NCBI GenBank assembly: GCA_963777505.1
Contig: CAVZQN010000001.1
Span: 544,001 to 608,000, forward strand
Source of the DNA: an uncultured bacterium
GTDB taxonomy: Bacteria > Acidobacteriota > HRBIN11 > JAKEFK01
Direction: 5' to 3'
DNA length: 64,000 nt
In this document: positions 20,412-30,335 of the stretch, piece after piece
How the letters are laid out: every line of letters starts with the position of its first letter
How positions within the stretch are numbered: position 1 is the first letter of the stretch
Notes under the pieces: model-generated
What the model was told of the DNA's origin: nothing
Databases searched by the model: none
Seen by the model: only the letters and a program-made list of their open reading frames with translations
Translations under genes and position numbers: made by a program

Positions 20412-22106
20412 TTATGGCAGAGTCGTGTCGATTGTTGATTTGTTTGCGTGTTGGGTTTTCCAGAATGACGTCCACATCGCCCGGATCCTTTCTACTCGAG
20501 CAATATCAGCCGGTGCTGGTGTATCTTTTTTTGTAAAAAATATGAAGGCTTCGCGAAATTGTTTCTGTGATGCAGCGCTGTTTGGAATGCGCGGTCCTTC
20601 CGCGCGAATAATATCCTGAATTGAAACTGGCACTTTCGTTCCGCGAAGAGTCACATTCGATTGTGGTGGACGATCTGTATCCGAACTTCCGGTTACAACA
20701 AAAGTATTTGGGACAGCCCCTGGGGCAAGGAGTCCCATCATGTATCGATCTAACTTACTATAAATTTCATTTGCTCCAGTTGTGATGAATGTACCATCGC
20801 CATTATCCCGGATGTCATTTCCTTCCATGCAAGAAGCGTCACTATCCATATAGAAGTTCCAGTGAGAATCTTGTCGGCCAAGCAAGAGATTTACAGGTTG
20901 TCCTGGAATACTAACTTGTGAGAAAGCAAGCCATCGATGTCCATTTTCCTGAGCGAATACCTCAATCGTACTATTACCGAAAAGAAATTCAGTATTCGGA
21001 TCCTGTGGATATTTTACAAGAGCATCCATCATCAGAATGCCCTGCAGCTTTGGGCTTCCGAACGCCTTAGAGAAGTTGTAATTGTCGTCTCCAATTCCTC
21101 TAATGTTGTTTTGAACAGGAGCATAGAACGCAAAAGCCCCGGTACCTGTTAACGCAGGAAAGTCGGTCCAAACAACTACAAAATCAAAAATAGGAGGATG
21201 AGTTTGATGAAATTCATTGACCAAAGCAGTGAAATCAATTTCTTGTCTTACTGCAAAGCGCTCCAGAATCGTATTTGTAACGCCGGTAAGATTCGAAACT
21301 CCGGAATAATTAACAAGACGAACGTTCGAAATGGATGTATTTCCTTGACTGATCCCTACGATCGCAGCTTTGGCATCAACTCTGGTTCCATAAATGAATT
21401 CAATGTTTCCATTCTTAAACAAGTTCAACTGAAATGTGTTGCTGTTGGTTCCGGAGTTCAGAAATTCTGAAACGTCGTTCCAGGTAACTGTAAATTTCGT
21501 AGAGGACTGCAAGACACGAACCTCTCCCCTTGCGTCAGGATTTAGATCATTGAAAAAAAGTGCAACCCTTGGTGGACCAGTAATGATTCGAAACACATCT
21601 CTATCGCTGGAAGCGTTGTCGAGTTGTTTGAACGTCAAATTACCATCTGAATTAACAAAAACAGAGGTGTAGGTTGTGCCATAGTAAGGGAAGTTGAATC
21701 CACTTGTGAAGTTCACCCGTTCGGAATCATCATCTGAAAGCGTAATGGCACTTCCTTGATTACCCGAAACCGAACCTGCACCCACTTTAACGTCGAAACC
21801 GCCCTGCGGATTTTTGGTATAGGTGATCTTCTTTCCTTTCAGATCGAAATTATTTATAGATGTTAATGTGGATGGAGTGGCTTTAATGACTGCAATTTCA
21901 CCGATATCCTGATGATAGTCCTTAAGAGTTGTAGCCGACATCTGACGTGTTCCAAATTCTTTCTTTCGAAATTCATGATTCTTTATAAGGTACTCTGTAT
22001 TAGTAGTTCCTCTCGTACCACACCATCGGCGTTCATCAAAACGTGCGAATGCATCCGGTGAAAAAAATAATACTGTCAGTACAGCGACCAGGACTTTTGT
22101 TCCCAT
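20412..22106 (-). CDS. Secreted protein with nidogen-like domain and zinc-metallopeptidase-like C-terminal domain
   Basis: Signal peptide, WCGT propeptide-like motif, NIDO-like segments (FNFPYYGTTYTSVFVNSDGNLTF, FFNDLNP, NTFQLNLF), QENGHRW...SHW...YSKLDRYMMGL. Confidence 0.65.
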   Translation of the reverse strand: MGTKVLVAVLTVLFFSPDAFARFDERRWCGTRGTTNTEYLIKNHEFRKKEFGTRQMSATTLKDYHQDIGEIAVIKATPSTLTSINNFDLKGKKITYTKNPQGGFDVKVGAGSVSGNQGSAITLSDDDSERVNFTSGFNFPYYGTTYTSVFVNSDGNLTFKQLDNASSDRDVFRIITGPPRVALFFNDLNPDARGEVRVLQSSTKFTVTWNDVSEFLNSGTNSNTFQLNLFKNGNIEFIYGTRVDAKAAIVGISQGNTSISNVRLVNYSGVSNLTGVTNTILERFAVRQEIDFTALVNEFHQTHPPIFDFVVVWTDFPALTGTGAFAFYAPVQNNIRGIGDDNYNFSKAFGSPKLQGILMMDALVKYPQDPNTEFLFGNSTIEVFAQENGHRWLAFSQVSIPGQPVNLLLGRQDSHWNFYMDSDASCMEGNDIRDNGDGTFITTGANEIYSKLDRYMMGLLAPGAVPNTFVVTGSSDTDRPPQSNVTLRGTKVPVSIQDIIRAEGPRIPNSAASQKQFREAFIFFTKKDTPAPADIARVERIRAMWTSFWKTQHANKSTIDTTLP

Positions 22107-22170
22107 GGGTGAATCTCCTCAGAACGTAAAAGGTAATCCGTTAACGTAAGAATCGTCCAGTGATTACAGG

Positions 22171-22214
22171 CTACGCATTACGAATTATGTTTACGTATTA
22201 CGCTTTACGTATTA
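22171..22214. repeat. Degenerate 7-nt tandem repeat (TTACGNA) with a partial inverted copy at about 22122-22149
   Basis: ctacgca ttacgaa ttatgt ttacgta ttacgct ttacgta. Confidence 0.55.
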
Positions 22215-22808
22215 TAAACTCTTTCTGTAGGCGCTGACAAAAAGTCGCAGGCAATAGAGGTAAACAGCGCTTGCAAGTTTTTCCGTGTTCTTCATCAAAT
22301 CGGGTAAATGTTTCTTCTTGATGCGGAATTTTAACTGAAGAATCACATCTTCCATTTTTTTGGTAACTTTGCTTTCTTCTTTTTTCTTCTTTGTGGCAAT
22401 TGAAACATCATTTTCCGCTGAAAACTCAAAGAGATCAGCATATTTGTATAGATTTGAATCGGGGACATGCTGATAATCCGGATCCTCCGCAAAATTTTTC
22501 ATAATGCCAGGAGCAACTGAAGCGCTCAATTCTTCGCGAATCCGTTCGCGAAAACGATCAAGATTAAAACCACTCGAATACACGTTACCTGAAACTTCAA
22601 CAAAAACATCGCCATCTGACGAATAAGATTTCAGTCCGAAGGTATAGCCCATAACAGTTACGAGTGGTGCAACGAAGTCTGGACGACTTCGTAACGGGAC
22701 GCTGTATTCATCCATATTAATACCAGGTCCGAGGAAAAAGTTACGATACCTGTGCATTACTTTTACAAGCACATCATCGACTTTCTCAGAGACAGAGTCT
22801 TCTTTCAT
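22212..22808 (-). CDS. Hypothetical protein
   Basis: ORF with ATG at 22808 preceded by GGAG; no motif recognised. Confidence 0.65.
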   Translation of the reverse strand: MKEDSVSEKVDDVLVKVMHRYRNFFLGPGINMDEYSVPLRSRPDFVAPLVTVMGYTFGLKSYSSDGDVFVEVSGNVYSSGFNLDRFRERIREELSASVAPGIMKNFAEDPDYQHVPDSNLYKYADLFEFSAENDVSIATKKKKEESKVTKKMEDVILQLKFRIKKKHLPDLMKNTEKLASAVYLYCLRLFVSAYRKSL

Positions 22809-22929
22809 GAATTCTCCAAATGCTGAGTAAAAGAAAGGGGTTGAGATTTCATTATAACGGCTGTGTAACGAGCAGGTCAATCAAACAGCATTGGGAATCT
22901 CGATAAAAATCAAAAACTTGTGGTGATTT

Positions 22930-24324
22930 TCATTTCCCGCTACTGCCGATAAAACGTACATTTCGAATCTTCAACGCCGGTGCCACCGTGCAGGATGGAA
23001 TAAGAGCACCATAGCCTTCAGGGTCATGGACTCGAACAGGCTCCGACAACATTTCAATTTGGTTAAAAGATTCGACGACACTCTGAAGATACCGCAAATT
23101 AATAACAGGAGAGACTATCTCTCCATGCTCAACCAGGAAAGTTCCATCCTTCGTCATTCCTGTCAAAACCACTTCTTTTCGATCCGCAATGTTCGTGTAG
23201 TGAAATCGCGTTATATAAATGGTCGGTTCTTCCGACGATGCAATCATAAAATCCAGCGATTGATCGCCCCCTTCCATCATGATATTCAGTGGGATTGCAC
23301 CAATGTGACGCTGCCCTGCCCCGAGGGAGTGTCCTGTACTGGGAATTTTCATTTTTGCGGCCAGTAGACCATCGGTCGCGACTTTCAAACCGATTCCACG
23401 CTCAATGAGAGTTATTTTCGATTTAGGAGTGCCTTCAAAATCAAATGGCAGGATGTAACCTGCTGGATTATTTCCATCATCCCAAATTGTAACGTTATCT
23501 CCCATGATTTTTTGTCCAAGTTTTTCAGACAAAAAGCTTTCCTCTTCCAGATAGCTTAATCCGTTAAATCCTGTATACGAAAGAAAATCAAGCCACTCTG
23601 CGGTCGCTGCCGGTTCAAGAATTACATCAAAACGGATTTCCTCACCCGTTTTTTTTCCTGCAAAAAGATCGCGAGGTGATTGGTTCTGTAATCGGCATTT
23701 GGCAACAAGATCTTCCGCGAATTGTTCAATGTTTATTTCATCAACTTCTTGTGATGCTGCATTGGCATATGAACTATCGTTTTTGCCCGTTAGTATTCCG
23801 GTAATATTTGCGTCTGTAAAATTTGTATAAACGAATGTCCCCATTGTATTTGCAACAGCGATTTCTCCGGCACCTGTTTGAAATTTTGCTGAAGTTGTTA
23901 AACCAGCAGAGGAGGCTTTATCAATCAAACCCTTGACCCAGCGTGCACGATCCTCTGGACTGAAGTTGGCTGTCTTCTCTGAATAGCGGCCTGGCATGAC
24001 ACCATGTGGAAATTGTTCCAATTTTAGGCCTGCAGGAAGCTGTGCTTTGTGATGTGTTGAATCCATTGCGGCATCGATTGCTTTACGGAGCGAATCCTCT
24101 GTCAGGATATTCGTGGATGCTGAACCAATGCGCAGATTGTGAATAATATCGACTGCCAGAGATGCTTCCGATTCACCAACGTTTTGATGGATTTGTGAAT
24201 TCGCAACGCGGGTAACATACGTATCCCAACTCATGAGCAGAAATTCAGCGTAATCAGGCTTTTTGCTCTGTGCGTACTTTAAGGCGGATTTTAGAATTTC
24301 AAAACAGCGTTTTTCACCAAGCAT
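22930..24324 (-). CDS. tldE: TldE/PmbA family protein
   Basis: TRVANSQIHQN, VILEP.A, PFDFEG, ITRFHYTN...TGMTKDGTF; lacks HExxH; follows tldD. Confidence 0.88.
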   Translation of the reverse strand: MLGEKRCFEILKSALKYAQSKKPDYAEFLLMSWDTYVTRVANSQIHQNVGESEASLAVDIIHNLRIGSASTNILTEDSLRKAIDAAMDSTHHKAQLPAGLKLEQFPHGVMPGRYSEKTANFSPEDRARWVKGLIDKASSAGLTTSAKFQTGAGEIAVANTMGTFVYTNFTDANITGILTGKNDSSYANAASQEVDEINIEQFAEDLVAKCRLQNQSPRDLFAGKKTGEEIRFDVILEPAATAEWLDFLSYTGFNGLSYLEEESFLSEKLGQKIMGDNVTIWDDGNNPAGYILPFDFEGTPKSKITLIERGIGLKVATDGLLAAKMKIPSTGHSLGAGQRHIGAIPLNIMMEGGDQSLDFMIASSEEPTIYITRFHYTNIADRKEVVLTGMTKDGTFLVEHGEIVSPVINLRYLQSVVESFNQIEMLSEPVRVHDPEGYGALIPSCTVAPALKIRNVRFIGSSGK

Positions 24325-24351
24325 AATTTCTAACCACAAAGACGCAAAAAA

Positions 24352-25842
24352 TCATTTCTTCTTGCTGCCGACTTTCACATTTTTAAAGCGGGCTGGCGAT
24401 GCACCATGACCGACGAACATAATCTGTCCAGGCTGACCTTTTCCACAATTGGGAGTTCCATACATTTCCCACCACTTGCTGCCACAAACTGCATCACAAC
24501 TATTCCAAAATGAAGGAGTAATTCCTGTATAAAGTGCATTTCTATATAGAGGACCGATCTTACCTTTCTTAATTGGCCTGGCAACCTCCACCGCAAAACT
24601 AAAATTTTTCCGAAGATCATCAATACTCCAGGTATAGTTGGTGTCCAGAATCATGCCATTTTCTGTGGAGCTGATCAGATCATCGAAATTCGTTTCACCT
24701 GGCTCCATGATGATGTTTGTCATCCTGATCAAAGGAATTCTGTTTGAGAAAGATGCCCTCATAGTGCCATTACTGGATTGAAAATAATCTTTCCCTAGAA
24801 GCTCATTGGCCTCCGCAGCCGTCTCGCGGGATGTAAGCAAGTCCTTCCAAATACCTTTAGTGATAAGCGGAAATTTTCTTGCTTCAACTCCTTCATCATC
24901 AAACCCGAAACTTCCGAGACCTCCATCAAGCGTTGCATCGGCAACAATATTTACAAGTGGTGAACCATATTTGAAACTTCCAATTTGAGGAAGCAGCGGT
25001 GTGAGAAAACTTCCACCTGCATAGGTGATTTCCGTACCAAGAATTCTATCCAGTTCTACTGCATGTCCGATCGATTCATGAATCTGCAAACATAACTGGC
25101 TCGGCATCAGAATTACATCGGTTTCTACTTCTGGACAATCAGGAGCTGCAAGCAATTCTTCAACTTCGGAAGCAATTCGCGGTGCATGTTGAAGCAAGTT
25201 CATTGCTTCAATAAATTCATATCCCTTGGCGGCAAAATTCCCTCTAAAACTATTTGGATAAGACCGGGTCTGGACTTCCTCTCCTTCCACGGCGCGGGCG
25301 CTAATTCCTCCGCCGCTTATGACAATTTCTTGACGAATGAAGCTTCCTTCTGTAGAAGAAAAAAATTTGATTAAACGATTAAATGTCAGATCACATTCAG
25401 TAATTTTTACCTTGCTTGATTGCTTGCGCATCAATTGATCAGCCTTCACAAGCAAGTCTACTTTTTCTTCCAATGATACTTTGAATGGATCGATCGAATA
25501 CGAACCTTTGTATTGCGCATTTTTCCAGATCAATGCCGATGATAACTTTACTGGTTTTTTGCGCGTCAATGCGCTCGCTTTTGCAATCCTTAATGCGAGT
25601 TCAACAACGCGTGGGATTTCTTTTTCTGTTGGATTGGATGAAGAAGCAAATCCCCAAACTCCATCCAGGAGCACGCGAACACCGAATCCTGCAGATTCTG
25701 TGTATTCGAGATTCTCAACAACACCATTCTTTACTGAGATATCTTCGGTTGCCGAATAGGGAATGATACGCACGTCGGCATAGTCTGCGCCTTTCCGTAT
25801 CGCTACATCCAGCGCTTTATCGCAAAATTCACGTTCATCCAT
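24352..25842 (-). CDS. tldD: TldD metalloprotease
   Basis: GFGVRVL, QIHESIGHAVELDR, GFDDEG, PLIRMTN, NCGKGQP. Confidence 0.93.
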   Translation of the reverse strand: MDEREFCDKALDVAIRKGADYADVRIIPYSATEDISVKNGVVENLEYTESAGFGVRVLLDGVWGFASSSNPTEKEIPRVVELALRIAKASALTRKKPVKLSSALIWKNAQYKGSYSIDPFKVSLEEKVDLLVKADQLMRKQSSKVKITECDLTFNRLIKFFSSTEGSFIRQEIVISGGGISARAVEGEEVQTRSYPNSFRGNFAAKGYEFIEAMNLLQHAPRIASEVEELLAAPDCPEVETDVILMPSQLCLQIHESIGHAVELDRILGTEITYAGGSFLTPLLPQIGSFKYGSPLVNIVADATLDGGLGSFGFDDEGVEARKFPLITKGIWKDLLTSRETAAEANELLGKDYFQSSNGTMRASFSNRIPLIRMTNIIMEPGETNFDDLISSTENGMILDTNYTWSIDDLRKNFSFAVEVARPIKKGKIGPLYRNALYTGITPSFWNSCDAVCGSKWWEMYGTPNCGKGQPGQIMFVGHGASPARFKNVKVGSKKK

Positions 25843-25852
25843 ACTTAATGAA

Positions 25853-26455
25853 TTATTCTATCGTGGGTCTGTAATTTAAGAACTTAACTCTAGCGTAATT
25901 CTTTTCAACCTCGATTAGTGAGATTGAAGCCGGGTCGACTTCAATCCTCCAGATAAGGTCTATGGGCATGCCCAAAAAATGTAAAATTGCTAACCGCAAT
26001 GGATCGCCATGACTCACAATCGCAATCTTTTTATCCGGATTGGCGTCTCGCAACCTTAAGAGTTCCGAGACAACTCGATGTTGAACATCGATTGCAAATT
26101 CTCCATTTGGAACACTCGCTCCGCTTCGAAACTTATTATAATTTGCCCATTGCTTGGAAGATCTGATTTCTTCAAAAGTTAAACCTGTCCAATCACCATA
26201 ATGTACTTCACCTAAAGATTCACTGACGCGTACAGGGCGCAGGTTCCATCTTTCAGCAAGAATTTCTGCGGTTTCAATCGTGCGCTCCAACGGGCTGCTG
26301 TAGATTAAATCAATTGATGATTCCTTAAATAATGCGGCAAGCTTTTCAACTTCGTCTCGTCCGCGATCATTGAGATGAATTCCTGGCTGCCAACCCGCAA
26401 TTCCTTTTTCAAGCCAGTCATGACTCCCATGACGGATGAGATAAAACCACGTCAC
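25853..26455 (-). CDS. Histidine phosphatase (phosphoglycerate mutase family)
   Basis: LIRHG, SSPLERTIETA, EVHYGDWTG, VSHGD. Confidence 0.92.
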   Translation of the reverse strand: MTWFYLIRHGSHDWLEKGIAGWQPGIHLNDRGRDEVEKLAALFKESSIDLIYSSPLERTIETAEILAERWNLRPVRVSESLGEVHYGDWTGLTFEEIRSSKQWANYNKFRSGASVPNGEFAIDVQHRVVSELLRLRDANPDKKIAIVSHGDPLRLAILHFLGMPIDLIWRIEVDPASISLIEVEKNYARVKFLNYRPTIE

Positions 26456-26489
26456 AAACTTCTCTTTTCAATATCGCGCATCGGAAAAT

Positions 26490-27272
26490 TTACTTGCCGC
26501 CAAACTTCGCTGGTCGTTTTTCGAGAAAAGCGCGGGTGCCTTCCTTCATATCTTCGGTAGTACAGCTTAATGCGAATAGATTTGCTTCGAGATTGAGACC
26601 TTCTTCCAGTGTCATCTGCAAACCGCGATTGACACCCTCGATTGTGAGTCTCAATGCAACGGGACCGTTCGCCAGCATCTTTCGCATCATTTCTTCGGCT
26701 TTAGAAATTAGTTCAGTTTGCGCATAGACGCCATTTACAAGTCCGATCTCATATGCGCGTTGAGCGTTGATCGGTTCACCTGTTAAAAGAAGTTCCAACG
26801 CTCTGCCAGTTCCAACAATTCTAGGCAAACGCTGTGTTCCACCATAACCTGCAACGATCCCAAGCTTCACTTCTGGTTGTCCAATCTTTGCGTTCTCCGA
26901 TGCAAGACGAATCGTGCACGCCATTGCAATCTCACAGCCACCGCCCAGAGCGTAACCATTAATCGCAGCAATAACAGGCTTACCAAGATTTTCAATGATA
27001 TCCAGAATATGATGGCCACGACGCGATCGGTCCTTTCCTTCAATTGGAGTTTGTGTGGCAAGTTCATTAATATCAGCGCCAGCAATGAAAGCTTTTTCAC
27101 CGCTGCCTGTAAAGATCACACCACCTGCTTCTTTTTTATGACGGACATCAAGAAACGCGTGCTTCAATTCTTCCATGGTCTGATCGTTTAAGGCGTTCAG
27201 AACTTTGGGACGGTTGACCGTTATGTAAGCAATTTGGTCACGAATCTCGTAAAGAATATTTTCGAACTGCAT
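26490..27272 (-). CDS. crt: Enoyl-CoA hydratase/crotonase
   Basis: NRPKVLNALN, AFIAGADI, ALGGGCE, GQPEVKLG, GGTQRLPR; start adjusted to ATG 27272. Confidence 0.92.
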   Translation of the reverse strand: MQFENILYEIRDQIAYITVNRPKVLNALNDQTMEELKHAFLDVRHKKEAGGVIFTGSGEKAFIAGADINELATQTPIEGKDRSRRGHHILDIIENLGKPVIAAINGYALGGGCEIAMACTIRLASENAKIGQPEVKLGIVAGYGGTQRLPRIVGTGRALELLLTGEPINAQRAYEIGLVNGVYAQTELISKAEEMMRKMLANGPVALRLTIEGVNRGLQMTLEEGLNLEANLFALSCTTEDMKEGTRAFLEKRPAKFGGK

Positions 27273-27294
27273 AATGATCTCCTGCGAAGGTAGG

Positions 27295-28155
27295 TTATTT
27301 TTTGGAGTAGTCGTAAAAGCCTTTTCCAGACTTTTTGCCATAATGTCCGGCCATGACCATCCGTTTCAGTAAGGTCGGCGGCGCATAACGTATGTCTTTG
27401 AATTCATCAAACATGATGTTCGCTATGTAGTACGTCGTATCGAGACCCACAAAATCAAGCAAGGTGAATGGACCCATGGGATATCCGCACCCGAGCATCA
27501 TGCCTTTATCAATGTCTTCAATGCTTCCAAAGCCTTCTTCGTACGCACGAATCGCATCGAGTAGATACGGGACCAATAGCCGATTCACGATGAAGCCCGG
27601 CTTATCGGTTGCAGCAATTGGTTTTTTCCCGAGTGATTCTGCGAAAGCAAAAGTTTGCTGGAATGCTTCATCTGAAGTCAAAATCGATCGAACAACTTCA
27701 ACGAGTTCCATACGTGGAACTGGATTAAAAAAATGTAAGCCGAGGAATCGTTCTGGATGTTTCGTTGATACGGCCATTTCAACGATCGAAAGCGAAGAAG
27801 TATTGCTGCAAAAGAGAACATCATCGCGGCAAACATTGCTGAGGGTTGTAAAAGTTTCTTTTTTTAGATTGAGGATTTCTGGAACGGCTTCAATAATGAT
27901 GTCACGATCGGCCATATCCTCCAGCCGCGTGATGCCGCGCAAATTCTTCATGACTTCATCGGCTGAAATTTTAAGTTGTCCGCGTTCCGCCATTTTTGCT
28001 GCAAATTTTTGAATACCGTTCAGGCCTTTTTGTAATAATTCTTCGTTGACTTCACGTACGAGTGTGTCGTAACCGGCTTGTGCGCATACTTGCGCAATAC
28101 CTGCTCCCATTAATCCGCATCCAAGAACTCCAACTTTCGTTATCTTCATCTTCAC
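27295..28155 (-). CDS. hbd: 3-hydroxybutyryl-CoA dehydrogenase
   Basis: GCGLMGAGIA, SNTSSL, LHFFNP, PGFIVNR, YPMGP, GKKSGKGFY. Confidence 0.93.
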   Translation of the reverse strand: MKMKITKVGVLGCGLMGAGIAQVCAQAGYDTLVREVNEELLQKGLNGIQKFAAKMAERGQLKISADEVMKNLRGITRLEDMADRDIIIEAVPEILNLKKETFTTLSNVCRDDVLFCSNTSSLSIVEMAVSTKHPERFLGLHFFNPVPRMELVEVVRSILTSDEAFQQTFAFAESLGKKPIAATDKPGFIVNRLLVPYLLDAIRAYEEGFGSIEDIDKGMMLGCGYPMGPFTLLDFVGLDTTYYIANIMFDEFKDIRYAPPTLLKRMVMAGHYGKKSGKGFYDYSKK

Positions 28156-28173
28156 CTCTTTGCGTTTCTGCGG

Positions 28174-29352
28174 TTATAGAGCTTCAACAATCATTGCAAT
28201 GCCCTGACCACCACCAATACAAGCAGTAGCAAGACCATACTTCTTTCCACGCCGGCGCAATTCCAACAACACGGTCAGCACAAGACGTGTACCGGAAGCT
28301 GCAAGCGGATGACCAAGAGCAATCGCTCCGCCATTTACATTTGTACGATCACGATTCAGTCCCAAAACTTTCTCTACTGCAAGATACTGACCTGCGAATG
28401 CTTCATTCACTTCAACCAGATCCATATCTTCCACTTTCAATCCTGCTTTCTTTAGAGCTTCCTGCGAGGCAGACACAGGTCCGATTCCCATGATCGATGG
28501 ATCTACGCCGGTATATGCCCATGAAACAATTCGGCCAAGCGGACGCCAATTGCGATTTTCCGCCTCACGGCTGCTTGCAACCACAATGGCAGCAGCACCA
28601 TCTACGATTCCACTAGCATTGCCAGCGGTTACAAAACCATCTTTGCTGAAATGGGGTTTGAGTTGCGCCAAACCTTCCATCGTAGTTTCAGGTCTCATGT
28701 GATCATCATGATCGATCGTTATATTGCCTTTTCTAGAGCTGATTACAACAGGAGAAATTTCATCCTTAAACTTTCCTGCTTCCAACGCAGCGGCGGCAGC
28801 TTTCTGGCTTCGTAAGGCGTACGCATCCTGATCTTCGCGGCTGATTTGATATTCGCGCGCAAGATTATCCGATGTTTGCGCCATGTATAGTCCACAATAT
28901 GAATCAAGAAGCGCAACCTGAAGCATGTCTTCTAACTTTCCTTCACCCAGACGAAAACCTTTTCGCGCTCCGCGAATTACATGAGGTGCCTGGGTTAAAG
29001 ATTCCATTCCACCGGCGAGTACAACGTTTGCTTCGCCTAGCTGAATGAGATGCGCGGCTTCAACGATTGATTGAATTCCAGAACCACATAATCGATTGAC
29101 AGTTAATGCCGGCACTTGTACTGGCACTCCAGCCTTTAATGCAACATGACGCGCTCCATAAATTGCATCGCCGCTTGTTTGCAGCGCATTGCCAAACACA
29201 ACATGCTGCACATTCCCTGGATCAACACCTGTCGCTTCAAGTGCAGCTTTTGATGCAATGGATCCAAGATCGATTGCGCTAAAATCACTGAGTGCGCCGT
29301 TATATTCAGTCATCGGCGTGCGTTTGCCGCCCAGAATTAATACTTCAGTCAT
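28174..29352 (-). CDS. Acetyl-CoA C-acetyltransferase (thiolase)
   Basis: NRLCGSG, NEAFA, GGAIALGHP, CIGGGQG. Confidence 0.95.
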   Translation of the reverse strand: MTEVLILGGKRTPMTEYNGALSDFSAIDLGSIASKAALEATGVDPGNVQHVVFGNALQTSGDAIYGARHVALKAGVPVQVPALTVNRLCGSGIQSIVEAAHLIQLGEANVVLAGGMESLTQAPHVIRGARKGFRLGEGKLEDMLQVALLDSYCGLYMAQTSDNLAREYQISREDQDAYALRSQKAAAAALEAGKFKDEISPVVISSRKGNITIDHDDHMRPETTMEGLAQLKPHFSKDGFVTAGNASGIVDGAAAIVVASSREAENRNWRPLGRIVSWAYTGVDPSIMGIGPVSASQEALKKAGLKVEDMDLVEVNEAFAGQYLAVEKVLGLNRDRTNVNGGAIALGHPLAASGTRLVLTVLLELRRRGKKYGLATACIGGGQGIAMIVEAL

Positions 29353-29377
29353 AGTTCGTACTCCAACAATTCGAGTG

Positions 29378-30205
29378 TTACTGCGTCTGCCCTAAATTTC
29401 GCTCAATGTTTGATTTCATTTCCTGCAACAATTTCTGCTCAGATGAGCCTGAAGGCAAATCCTCAAACATTTGAGACAGGCGAAATGAATCTTCCGCGCA
29501 TTTCCAGTTGCGAAGATTGTAGTGTGCAAGCCCGATATTATAGTAAGGATAATAATCGATAAACCACATACCATAAATTCTGCTGAACTTTTGCGGACGG
29601 TCACGAAAATCTAACGCACTGATAAAGCTATCAAGGGCCCTTTGCCAATCATTTTTTTGCTTCAACACAAGACCCAATTCATAGTGATAGTACCAGGGAT
29701 ATGTTCGTTCATCGGCTTTCGGAAGGTTGCAACGCTGGCGGATATCTTCTTTCATTTTCTGAACAACTTGGTCAGACAAAACGTAAGGTTTTTTGCTGAA
29801 ATCACGAATACCCTGCTCCGAATCTTGTCCATTTGTCGCATTCTTTGTTTTGGATAGCTTGTCACGATAATCCTTCATCAAATCCTGTCCGGATTTACTC
29901 ATCGTGATTGCCGAAAGTGAATTCTCCAGGTCTAGAAATTCTTCGGCAAGCTGCATCTTACCCAAATGGTAATAACTGATACCAAGTTGAAGATAGGGAA
30001 GATATTCCAATGCTCCAGTATTCTTCACAATTTCAGAAATCGGTTTGTCAGCAACCGCCATCTTTAAGTATGCAATTCCATCGTCATATTTTCCCTGAGC
30101 GATAAATTGCAGTCCTTTGGAATAATTTACACGCCAAACAGGATCGTCAGCGATTGCGATAGCCGCGAAAAAGAAGCAAACAAGTGTTAATTTCTTCATC
30201 CTCAT
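29378..30205 (-). CDS. Secreted TPR-repeat protein
   Basis: Signal peptide; two similar TPR modules (YLPYLQLGISYYHLG and YYPYYNIGLAHYNL). Confidence 0.75.
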   Translation of the reverse strand: MRMKKLTLVCFFFAAIAIADDPVWRVNYSKGLQFIAQGKYDDGIAYLKMAVADKPISEIVKNTGALEYLPYLQLGISYYHLGKMQLAEEFLDLENSLSAITMSKSGQDLMKDYRDKLSKTKNATNGQDSEQGIRDFSKKPYVLSDQVVQKMKEDIRQRCNLPKADERTYPWYYHYELGLVLKQKNDWQRALDSFISALDFRDRPQKFSRIYGMWFIDYYPYYNIGLAHYNLRNWKCAEDSFRLSQMFEDLPSGSSEQKLLQEMKSNIERNLGQTQ

Positions 30206-30335
30206 TAGACCTCAGATTCCGGATTATAACGCTAAGCTGTAAACTGCGCCATTGTGATCTAAAGAGGAAAGTATCTGGGCAGATCCATATCAATAAGACA
30301 ATTGCGGAATGGGGGCTATGAGCGATAATGTGAGG

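Noticed and set aside
27464-28012. Long antisense ORFs (for example 27464-28012, 42808-43311, 6957-7418, 46351-46776)
   Set aside because: They lie opposite well-supported genes and have no RBS or motifs, as expected for codon-bias shadows
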